A DNA stretch of 64,000 nt, taken from Tubulanus polymorphus. Taxonomy: Eukaryota > Animalia > Nemertea. Shown here piece after piece: positions 15,941 to 25,788 of the stretch; the first letter of the stretch is position 1, and each line of letters opens with the position of its first letter. A model generated the notes under the pieces. That model made no database searches. It was not told the origin of the DNA and saw only the letters and a program-made list of their open reading frames with translations. A program made the position numbers and the translations under genes. The DNA is taken from contig NC_134030.1 in the NCBI RefSeq assembly GCF_964204645.1, positions 15,934,110-15,998,109 on the forward strand, read 5' to 3'.

Positions 15941-16375
15941 CAGGCGCGGATCAAGACTATCGCACATGCAGCACGTGCGGTAGTCGCAGTTTTCAAATGC
16001 CCTTGAAAAATATATGTTTCGGGAAAAAAGTAAATAAAAGGGCACACAATTTGTGCGTCATAAAAAAATAATTGCCTTTCTGTACAAGGCCTAAAGCGAA
16101 ATGTGGATGAAATAAATTGCCCAAAATCATAAAAGGCAATCTAAGACATTTTTTACTCAAAAAAGCACTATTCTAAAAAATAAATTATTGTCGCTCTATA
16201 AATCTAATCGAGAAAAGGCAAATTTTGACCAAATATCTAAAAAAGGCTAAAAGCGAATTGAATGTGAAGACACATTTAGTGGCATGATACGATTGCACTC
16301 AAACTCAAACTCGCTCGCTGGGCATTAATACTGGCCCTTTTCAAAGTTGGTGCCCTTTTTCACTGTGCTGTAGTC
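15941..16375. repeat. Probable non-autonomous DNA transposon (MITE) remnant
   Basis: Starts CAGGCGCGGATCAAGACTATCGCAC; degenerate inverted copy GTGCTGTAGTC near 16365-16375; internal AAAAGGC/GCCCTT repeats. Confidence 0.45.
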
Positions 16376-16380
16376 ATTCG

Positions 16381-16557
16381 AATGTCGTACTTTCCACTGT
16401 GTTCAACGGAAAAGTTTGATTGACATACCGTGCAATACGCATGATTGTTGCCGATGCGACTAGGCAGAATACACGGGTTGTTGGCCGTGTATTCAGCCTT
16501 GAATTTTTGCAGCTTACATCGCCGTTTTTCCGGAGGGCCTTCATCGTCGGAAGACAA
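16381..16557 (-). pseudogene. hAT transposase N-terminus (first half of BED-like zinc finger)
   Basis: MSSDDEGPPEKRR...HAYCTVCQSNFSVEHSGKYDI continues as QQHFASAKH at ~7975. Confidence 0.8.
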
Positions 16558-16732
16558 CGATTACATTTCACTTTCGACGTACGCCGCAATTTTACATTTT
16601 TCATAGGTGGCGCTAGCCAACGGACAGCGTCTTCCATCGTTACCGCTGCGGGTTTTGAGCGGCAATGCAAGAGGTCATCACACTGACATAGCGAAACTAA
16701 CTTAGCACGTTTATATCAAACAATAACACGTC

Positions 16733-17079
16733 AGTAATAGGGATAATAGGCTTTCAGATCAAAGGTCGAAGGGTCGAGCTCGTAAAAAAATGAAAATAAC
16801 AATAATTTACAGTTGAATTAGTCGCGCACACTCCTAATTCAACTGTAAATTATTGTTATTTTCATTTTTTACTCACGCGCCCCTTCAACCTTTAACCTGA
16901 AAGCCTATTATCCCTATTACTCTTAAAATATTCATATATATATAATATATAAACATAATTTACATGAATAACATTTAAATTGACAGATATTCAATATAAA
17001 AGTGTAAGCTCTTATAGAATAGATATGTAGATATATTTACAACATTATTTCAATATTTATATTTGCATGAGTTAGATTT
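16733..17079. repeat. Left TIR; 16733-16921 is a 189-bp hairpin
   Basis: Reverse complement of ~29832-30128, and self-complementary over its first 189 bp. Confidence 0.95.
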
Positions 17080-17523
17080 ATAGATATAGTTAAGATAAAA
17101 AAGTTTATTATATTAAATCCTAAAACAGTAAAAGAAAATTTAGATAATTGTATAAAAATAGCAATTGATACTTATAAAGGATCAAATACATTATTCATTG
17201 TAGATGATTGCGCTAATTTACATGATTCAAAAGTGAGAGAAAGTGAGTTATGTTATCTAGCTTTCTCTGGAAGACATTTCGGGATAACAACATGGGTTTT
17301 AAATAAAAAATATAATTCAATTGTTAAAGACTTTAGGGAGAATATAAGATTTCTAGTTTTATTTTATAACAAAGATAAAAAATCTATGCAACAATCATTG
17401 GAAGAAAATCAAATTATACCTACTGAATTACATGATGAATATATGAATAAATTAAAGAATAATAAAGGTTCAAAATTATTACTGAGATTACAATTTCCAT
17501 ATGAATATAAATTTATAAAATAA
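17071..17523 (+). pseudogene. A32/FtsK-like packaging ATPase, C-terminal half
   Basis: In-frame Walker B LFIVDD (17191-17208) and SGRH motif; no Walker A or start codon, and it abuts the TIR directly. Confidence 0.85.
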
Positions 17524-17877
17524 CTATTTATATACCTATGTATCTAATACGTATTTAATACGTATTAAATACATTAATACTTAAAACCCCCTTTTTTAAA
17601 ATAAATATTATTCATACAATTTTCAACCAATTTATTTTTATTTTTTTTAACTAATATATGAATAAGTTTGAAAATAATAAAGGTTATTTATTATTACTGA
17701 GGTTTCAATATAAATTTTAAAAAGAAATATAATTTAAGGTATTTTCAAATAATACGTATTAGATATGTATTAGATACGTATTAGATACCTTAATACTTAA
17801 AACCCCCATTTTTATTTACTATTATTTTATACAATTTTCAACCTTTATTACTTTTTGAGTTAAATATAATTAATATC

Positions 17878-18746
17878 TTAATCACTTTCACTATCAGACC
17901 CTAACAATCTATTCAAATGCTCTACTGAATCTACATCAATAGTTGTTTTATTTTTATACTTTTTCATCCTTTCTACCGCATCATCAATAGTTTCTTCTTT
18001 ATGTTTCATAGAATCTTTATTATCAATATCTGTAACTATATCACCATGTGGGTGCCATACGGCACCATTTTCATTATTATCTTTATTAGTGTTTGCTCCT
18101 AATATTTCATTTACAATGTTTGATTCTAATTTAATAGCATCGGTTAAATCTAATTCATCTTTATTAGGTGTTGCTAACAATAAATCTTCATATAATTCTT
18201 TACCATTTACTTTTTGATTTGAAACAAACTTTGTAACATATCTAAATGGGTGTTCTATAAATTCTTTTTTACCAACACGTTCTATAACATTAGTAGTATG
18301 TACCTTTGTATTCATATGATTATTCCAATTTGATGGAGCGTTTGAAAATTCACCTTTACAATAATCACAATAATTTCTATTTTCACTAACATTTAATATT
18401 GTTGCATTATTAGATGTAGAAGGTATAACATTATTAGATGTAGAAGGTATAACATTATTAGATGTAGAAGGTATAACATTATTAGATGTAGTAGGTATTA
18501 CATTATTAGATGTAGTAGGTATTACATTATTAGATGTAGAAGGTATTACATTATTATCAATTACATTACTTAAATTATCAACAACACCACTTATTATTAT
18601 CGATTTCTATTAGTTTAGTTTTATAAATTTTGAAAATAGGATCAAATATATAAAGCTATATTACAAGGTATTACATAATATAAACCATCATTATTTTCAT
18701 GTGTATCGATGTATGGAATATGTTTATATACTTTACCTCCTTCCAT
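17878..18746 (-). pseudogene. Viral protein with NNVIP(S/T)TS repeats and a C2H2 zinc finger
   Basis: TAAATG start at 18746, then a frameshift; CDYC...NNH..TKVH is in frame with ORF 17878-18315. Confidence 0.65.
18405..18556. repeat. 24-bp coding tandem repeat, 6 full units plus a partial unit
   Basis: Unit CATTATTAGATGTAG(A/T)AGGTAT(A/T)A. Confidence 0.95.
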
Positions 18747-18778
18747 TTATTATATAAATTTTTATTAAAGTTAAAATT

Positions 18779-20025
18779 TTAATACATAACACTATTCAAT
18801 TGAGAATTTACAATATTTAATTGCGCGTCAGATATAATATAAATGTGCATTTTAAAATTTTTGATTCCTTTATTCTTTGTCATGAATAATTGTATTCCAT
18901 CGTTAGTGTTCTGTAGTTTTTTTCCAGAACCATGTAATGAATTATCCTCTGTTGTTCTAAAATCTAACCATAATGCATATTTATTACCGGTATAATAATC
19001 AATTTGATTAATGTTACAATTTTCAGATGATTTCACTTTTTCATTCATAAAATGTTTTCTAATTTCTGGCCATTGATCAATCATTCTCATTCCTTGACAA
19101 AATATTTTATTTGCTATTCCTTCGATAGTTATTTCTACTTTTGTTATTTCAGGATTATAATAATTATCAACATTTATTGCACCATTAGTATATGTTGCAA
19201 TGGTAAAAATATTAACATACCTTTAATAGATCTTCTTGGGAAGTTAATATTCTCATTAATTATTTCATCATTTGCATTAATAGTTACAGTTTTAAATTTA
19301 TCAATATAATCATATAATAATGAAAATCCTTGATTGTATTGAGTTTGAATTATACTTGAAATATTTTCATCAGTTACTGTATCATATTCTAAACATATAT
19401 TCGATAATTTATAACTCATATCTTTATTAACGCTAGATATTACAATTTCATTAACAGGAGCAAATGTTATTTAGAATATAACATCTTCTTGAATTGCGTA
19501 TTTATATAAAGGCGCATTATTATTTATCAATTCGAAGTCTAATGGAATTTAATATTTGCTTCCATATATAATTTTTATCAATTTATCTATAGCATTAGTT
19601 AATATTGCGCTATTAGCTTCTGATCTTAATTTATTTTGGTTTTCTGATTGGATTCCTTGAAATATCATATTATTTCTATTTTCTTTAGTTAGCCATAAAT
19701 CTTTATAATGCATAAATAAATTATAATCATCTAATGAGAAAACTGTTTCTGGACCAATCTTTATAGTTAATTTTTTAATCAAATATCTTCCAACATTATC
19801 AACAACATAATTATTATTATTACCGATTACTTTTATATCGGCTGATAAATAAATACTATTTGGAACATAAAAAGTATTTTGTGTTAATCGAGGAATTCTA
19901 ACATATAAAGTTTCATCAGGATTAATATTAGAAGGGTTATGAGTAATTATATGATGTGATCTTTCTGCTTTAATAGCATTAGATATTCTATGATTCTTAG
20001 AAGGATTGATATAACTCCCACTCAT
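18779..20025 (-). pseudogene. Major capsid protein (double-jelly-roll type), disrupted
   Basis: Three ORF pieces totalling ~410 codons; THNPSNINP, NVGRYLIKKLTIKI, YKLSNICLEYD and KYALWLDFRT..LHGSG recall invertebrate Polinton-like MCPs (recognised by eye). Confidence 0.75.
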
Positions 20026-20065
20026 TTATTTAACAAAAAAATTAATTATCTATTTTTTATCATGT

Positions 20066-21721
20066 TTACTTGATATTTTTTGATATCATATTTACTAACC
20101 CAAAAATAATAGCACTTACAACTGTAATTAAAAATAAAATAATATGTTCAGCAGCAAAGTTAATAATGTTTCCTGCAGATTTCAATATAAAACCAACAAT
20201 TGATGCAATAACTCCTGGTAAAGCTGCAGCAGATTTTTTAGATAGTTCCCATAAATATTTTGCTAATTTCTTTAAACGATCTTTAACTTTATCTTGTATA
20301 GAATTATTATCTAGGGGTTTATCTGGTTTATTTGGAGTAGGAGTAGATTTCAAAGCATTTGATATAGCTAAACCAATTGATGTAAATAACATAGTTACAG
20401 CTGTTAGAATTGAAAGAATTGTTATTCCTTCTAATTTAAATAATAATTTTATTCTATCTTTCAATGATATTTTAGAATCTGGTTTTATCAACAAATCTTT
20501 AAAAATAACTTTTAATCTATTTATATTATAATCATATGATTTTAACAATAATTTAATTTCTTCTTTTTGTAATTCTAAATTATCTTTTAAATTATTAATT
20601 TCTTTTTCTAAACGTAATTCTTTTTGTCTATATTCCATTTCATCAATTACTTGACGATCAAGATCAGACTTTAATTGTTCTATTTCTTTATTTTTATCAG
20701 TTAATTCTTTTTCTAAATTGTTAATTTTAATATCTCTTATACTTTTTTCATTCGCAATTTTATCAGCCGATTCTTGCATACCTTTAATTTCTCTACGTGT
20801 TAGTTCAGGATATGCTTCTAATTCATTATCAGTTAAATCAAGTAATCCTTTTTCTAGTAAAGATTGTATTCGATTTATTCCAGTACTATTCATCTCTTCT
20901 TCTGAATCTCTTAATCTATCAATTTGTTTTTCTAATACTAATTTTAATTGACTTGAATCATTATCAATTGGTTGAGTGTCTCTTCTCGATGTTTCGGGTG
21001 TTGAAGATCTTAATTTATCTAATCGATCTCTATGATCTTCCATTTCTGGATCAACATCATTAGGATTTAAATTTGGATTTTTAAATGGTGAATATTTGTT
21101 AATATCAAATTTAGGAATTGGTTCTTCTTCATCTAGTATATCGAGTGCATTCCATATAATTCTGAGAAATTCTGTGCCACCTTTTGAATGTTCAATTGTA
21201 GATCTTGCTAACATTTTAGGTTCAAAAATATTTTCTTGACCAATTCTAGATAATTGTATTGATACAGTTTTGTTATTTAATTCAACATTATAATACCATG
21301 AATCATCTTTAAATTCTAAATTATTCATGAAAAATGGGTCATCATTTATAATTTGTTTTACAATTTCTTTATCTATTACATCTTTTGGTAATAATTCGTT
21401 AACAATTGTATATATTACTCTATTTTTCATTAATTTTAATTGAGATTTCATAAGAGGATCAGTTGTATTTACTAATCTTTTCATTAAATCCTTTTTAGAT
21501 GTTGCGGTTCTAATAACTAACCTTTCGGAAGCTGTCATATATTCTTTAAATTCTTTACGCGTTTCATAATCATAATCATCATCTTCACCTAAATTAGAAT
21601 TACGTCCTGGCTTATTACCATCATTAAAACTTGTTTCACTAAAATCAGGTGGTTGTTCATCAGTTATGCCAGGTTCATCTAAAGTATCCATTGGAAAATC
21701 TTCTCCACCTTTTACATCCAT
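20066..21721 (-). CDS. 551-aa coiled-coil protein with C-terminal hydrophobic/TM helices
   Basis: Intact ORF; heptad-rich segment at ~aa 300-400; hydrophobic segments GITILSILTAVTMLFTSIGLAI, AALPGVIASIVGFIL and IILFLITVVSAIIFGLV. Confidence 0.85.
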   Translation of the reverse strand: MDVKGGEDFPMDTLDEPGITDEQPPDFSETSFNDGNKPGRNSNLGEDDDYDYETRKEFKEYMTASERLVIRTATSKKDLMKRLVNTTDPLMKSQLKLMKNRVIYTIVNELLPKDVIDKEIVKQIINDDPFFMNNLEFKDDSWYYNVELNNKTVSIQLSRIGQENIFEPKMLARSTIEHSKGGTEFLRIIWNALDILDEEEPIPKFDINKYSPFKNPNLNPNDVDPEMEDHRDRLDKLRSSTPETSRRDTQPIDNDSSQLKLVLEKQIDRLRDSEEEMNSTGINRIQSLLEKGLLDLTDNELEAYPELTRREIKGMQESADKIANEKSIRDIKINNLEKELTDKNKEIEQLKSDLDRQVIDEMEYRQKELRLEKEINNLKDNLELQKEEIKLLLKSYDYNINRLKVIFKDLLIKPDSKISLKDRIKLLFKLEGITILSILTAVTMLFTSIGLAISNALKSTPTPNKPDKPLDNNSIQDKVKDRLKKLAKYLWELSKKSAAALPGVIASIVGFILKSAGNIINFAAEHIILFLITVVSAIIFGLVNMISKNIK

Positions 21722-21736
21722 TTACATAACAAAAAA

Positions 21737-23081
21737 TTAAAATTTAAAATATAATATTCCTCCGATTACAATTCCTATACAAGTTATAGCTAATTTAGTA
21801 TTTTCATGGGATTTATTATCATCATTTAGTTTAATTATATCATGTTGAATATTATCAGTTTTTATATCTTCTGATGTATTGTAATCTTTTATTTTAGGAT
21901 CATTATTTAATTTAATATTATTAGTTTTAGTTTCTGTTGATTGAATATGTTTTTTATTTTTTTCACCTTCCATTTATATTGGAGCAGTAATAATCTTTTT
22001 ATTTATATCATTTAATCCAAATGAATTATTTATTGTTGCAGTTTTAATTAGATTATTGTAACCAATTATGTTTCCCATCTTTAATACTAAATCATTAGAA
22101 ATAATAAATAGATTAGGGCCTATACAATAATTTAATCTAATATGTGATTTATCTAAATAATTTTGATATCTTACAATGTTTTCCGGAATCGATCTATTTT
22201 TATCATTATGAATTGAATCTTCAAATAAAACTTTGAATTGTTTCTGCGCATCGAATGAAGTGTTATCATTTACAATTATTGGGGATCTTGTTTCAACTTG
22301 AGCACCTAAAATACATATCAAATAAGTTCTAATTGATTGATTTATTCTTTGTATTCCAGCTTTAGTAAAACCGTCACTATTTTCTAAAATGAAATTAACC
22401 CAACCATTATTGTTTTGTTGTTGTATATTATTATAATATTTTGGTAATTCATTCCAATTTAGTAATTCATTCCAATTTAGTGTTCTTATATCTGAATTTG
22501 TCATTATTTTTCCAAATTCTTTAGTATATAATATTCCTAATCCACCCATTGTTCCAATTTTTGCTCTAAAATCTTTATTTGAATTAATATTAAATTTATT
22601 ACATATTTTATTAAAACTTAGAAAAATTAATATTATTATTCAATTCTTTAAAATATTTTGAACCTGGTAAAGGACATTCTAATTCATCTAATATTAATTT
22701 TATTTGAAAATATGTATGAAATCTAAAAGGTGATAACATCACTTGTAAACTTGGTTTGTTTAAATGATCATTCCAACTAATTCCACATCCTGTTGTTGCG
22801 CAATAAACAGCAAAATTTAATTGGTTCTGCCAATACTTCATATTAGATTTTAATAACCATTGTTTTGCCTCATTTAAATTTTTGAAATTAATTGTATACA
22901 CATGAAATATATTTTCCATCTTTACATGAAAATTATTACTTTCAGTAACATAAATATATAAATCAATTAATGAATTTAAAACTTCATTTCTATATGTAAT
23001 ACCTTTATTAAAATCTATTGCTGGAATATTATATTTAATTGATTTATTATATTGGAAAGCTTTTGGAAAACTATCTGCCAT
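21737..23081 (-). pseudogene. Conserved viral protein (YWQNQLNFAVYCATTGCG) with C-terminal TM anchor
   Basis: ORFs 22611-23081, 21974-22549 and 21737-21973; the last two are in frame across a single TAA; homolog at 44497-44795. Confidence 0.75.
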
Positions 23082-23097
23082 TTATATAATTAAAAAA

Positions 23098-23524
23098 TTA
23101 ATAATTTATCAATTCTTTTAATAATTTATCTTGTTCTTCAACTGTTATATGACCATTTAAACTTATTATATAATCTAGTGTATTCTTTAATTTATTAATT
23201 TCTTTTATATTAGTTTTCATTTTTTTCTTTATTACTTCTTATATTTAATTTTGAACTTATACCAGTTAAAACACTTGCACTTAATCCTAACACACCAATT
23301 GATATAGCTAAAGGTGTTAATGGACTGAATATTGCTAAAAATGTTATTACAGAACTAATTGTAACCGAACCACTTATAATCAAATAATATATAATTTTAG
23401 ATTTTAAATATTTTTTCTTTTTAACTTTTAAGTCACTTTCAAATTCTAATATTTGTTTTTCTAAATATATTTTTAATTTAGTTTTATTTATATCATGAGG
23501 AATAATATCAATATTATCATCCAT
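23098..23524 (-). pseudogene. Two-TM plus helical protein, frameshifted
   Basis: ORF 23210-23524 has two hydrophobic helices; the tail LKNTLDYIISLNGHITVEEQDKII lies in another frame; homolog at ~44810-45242. Confidence 0.7.
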
Positions 23525-23544
23525 TTATTTAGCAAAAAAAATTA

Positions 23545-23967
23545 CTAATTAGTAAACTTAAAAGCAACAAATATAACAATAACTGTTCCACCTAAAATCC
23601 AAATTATTTCATATTTCTGTTGTTCTTTACTTGGGGTATAATAATCTGATAATTTAGGTTTGTATAGATGTAATTTTTCTTTATTGGTTACCGCGTTATA
23701 TAAACTCATTGCATCATCAACTGATTGAAAATCTCTATGTGAAATCTTCTGATCATATAATTCCTTGTTAATATAATCCATATAGTTTTGCCTCTTTTCT
23801 CTATATTCTTCTGCTGCTTTATTGTATTTCTCTAATGCTAAGTTATGTCTTTTTTGTTCTGTTAATGATCCATTTTTATCAATATGTTTAAATAAATATC
23901 CACCACCAGTAAATGCTAAAGCGTTAACAATTGCCGATCCTATAATAGTTATAACCGCAGAAGCCTT
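23545..23967 (-). pseudogene. Membrane protein with hydrophobic N- and C-termini; start codon mutated (ATG>AAG)
   Basis: In-frame upstream ASAVITIIGSAIVNALAFTGGGYLF...KRHNLALEK; C-terminal TM; TAAAAG in place of TAAATG. Confidence 0.75.
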
Positions 23968-23991
23968 TTATTTAGAAAAATAATTACGCAT

Positions 23992-24213
23992 TTATATGGG
24001 AGGAATATATGTTTGTTTTTCCATATAATCAATAGTTAAATTAGATAAAGTAACTGCTAATGTTAATTTTAAGATATCATTTATATCAAATCTATCAACA
24101 TTAACACTTCCCATTTTAAATACTTTTTTCAATACCATTGAATAACCAACAGTTCCAACTGATAGTAATGCTCCATTATATAATCCAGTTATTATCCACT
24201 TATTATCACTCAT
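23992..24213 (-). CDS. Small 73-aa putative membrane protein
   Basis: Intact; hydrophobic helices; conserved homolog at 45682-45909. Confidence 0.8.
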   Translation of the reverse strand: MSDNKWIITGLYNGALLSVGTVGYSMVLKKVFKMGSVNVDRFDINDILKLTLAVTLSNLTIDYMEKQTYIPPI

Positions 24214-24554
24214 TTATTTATCAAAAAATTACTTTCATCAAAATATTTAGTTAACTTATTTATGATTAATTCAACATTTATTTCATTACTACTTTTATGA
24301 TTATCATATATTTTGGTTAATATGTTTTTAATATCATCAATAATTCCATCTTCATTTAATTCATAATATTCTAAAGGTGATTTAATTAAATCAATTACTT
24401 TTTCTATATTATAATTTTCTTTATTAATCATTGATGCATTGTTAAATGATTTACTTTTTATATCAGTAATTACATCATTTAGTTTAATTCTCATTTCTTT
24501 ACCATGTATAAAATCAAAACCAAAACATATACTCGGTCCAACAGTTATATTCAT
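24210..24554 (-). CDS. Hypothetical viral protein, 114 aa
   Basis: TAAATG start; MNITVGPSICFGFDF is also present in the decayed homolog ending at 46263. Confidence 0.7.
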   Translation of the reverse strand: MNITVGPSICFGFDFIHGKEMRIKLNDVITDIKSKSFNNASMINKENYNIEKVIDLIKSPLEYYELNEDGIIDDIKNILTKIYDNHKSSNEINVELIINKLTKYFDESNFLINK

Positions 24555-24571
24555 TTATATAGCGAAAAAAA

Positions 24572-25333
24572 TTACTCTCTACATCTTATAACTAATTCAT
24601 AAATTACAGGGAAATTATTTAAATCAATTAAGTATCCATTGTGATTTCTAATTTCTAATCTAAAATTATTAAAACGAGGAATTCATGGTTTGAAATCACA
24701 TTCTGTTAAATTATAATTTATTTGCGTTCCAAATTATTTAACATTCTTCAATGGTAAAATGTTTAATAAACCAGAATTACAAGTTATATCTTTAGTTGCT
24801 TCGAATGTTTTTGTAGGATCGATTAAATTGCAATAAATATAGAAATGTGTGTAAGGTATTAAGTTTGGTGTAACATCATCAATATTTTTAAAAGATCTAT
24901 CTGGAAGAATTCCTAACAGTTTAGCTATAGGTTTTTTTACCATAAATTTATGTTTTTCACTATTAGACAACCTTATCTTTATTCTATCAGAACTATCACT
25001 TTTTAAAAATCTAATACTAAACCCAGAACTACTACCTAATTAATGCCAGGCTTTTCTATTAATTTCTTGTGCTAATGTATCTAAATTATATAACCCCGGT
25101 TTTAAATATATATAGGACCATTCATTTTTACCTTTATCAAAAATTAAAAAGGCTCTATGTTCAATAGTTTTATTCCTTATATTATAAAAAGAATTACATA
25201 AACTTATTTTAACTAATTTTAAATCTACACAATTCTTGAATTCTCTATCTAATTGTACTAGTAAATTATGAGATTTACAATTTGTAAGTTTTCTTGAATC
25301 AACAAATATTCTGTATTCTTTTAATTCTACCAT
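24572..25333 (-). pseudogene. Minor capsid protein (penton, single jelly roll), disrupted
   Basis: IFVDSR, SLCNSFYNI, PGLYN, AKLLG, FYIYCNLID, LLNILP and LEIRNHNGYLIDLNNFPVIYELVI follow the typical penton motif order. Confidence 0.8.
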
Positions 25334-25350
25334 TTATTTTACATATTTTC

Positions 25351-25704
25351 TTATTCGAAATCTATTTCATGGTGCCCTTTTTCATTCTTACCTTTGTATA
25401 CGAAATAGAAATCTCCAGAACATAATTCTCCTAAATCTTCACTTGATAATCTATGAAATCTATCTGGTAAATATGTTCTGAATTTATGTGTATTTCCTTT
25501 TAATCCTTCATATTCTAAGTATATAACTAATTTATCTCCATAGTTATTAGTAACTGTATCAATATTTGTAATTAGATATTTCTTATGAATTGTTAATTTT
25601 ATTAACTTTTTGAATTTATAATCTACAGATTTTACATTTGTTATATCTTTAATTCTATCTAGAAATAATTTGTTGTTCTCACTGTGTGTTTGTTTACTCT
25701 CCAT
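25351..25704 (-). CDS. 117-aa viral protein, possibly OB-fold ssDNA-binding
   Basis: Intact; pattern FKKL..L...KKYLI....T.YGDKLVIYL...TYLP.RF...FVYKG; the fold is an inference. Confidence 0.6.
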   Translation of the reverse strand: MESKQTHSENNKLFLDRIKDITNVKSVDYKFKKLIKLTIHKKYLITNIDTVTNNYGDKLVIYLEYEGLKGNTHKFRTYLPDRFHRLSSEDLGELCSGDFYFVYKGKNEKGHHEIDFE

Positions 25705-25788
25705 TTATAATACATATTTTAACACGTAAGAATTCTTTTCATTATCTCGTTCTCTTTTGTTTCTTCTCTTTTAAATTTTAAGTATGAA

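Noticed and set aside
16361-16367. CACAGTG (Transib/RSS heptamer) on the minus strand
   Set aside because: No matching partner end, nonamer or 5-bp TSD; better explained as part of a MITE end.
16733-16921. Flip/flop isomers of the hairpin
   Set aside because: All complete hairpins here have the same arm outermost, so this window gives no evidence of inversion.
18405-18556. CRISPR-like array
   Set aside because: Head-to-tail units with no spacers, in-frame coding, and eukaryotic context.
20066-21721. Host domestication of the intact 551-aa gene
   Set aside because: A similarly long uninterrupted stretch survives in the dead PolB, so chance is sufficient.
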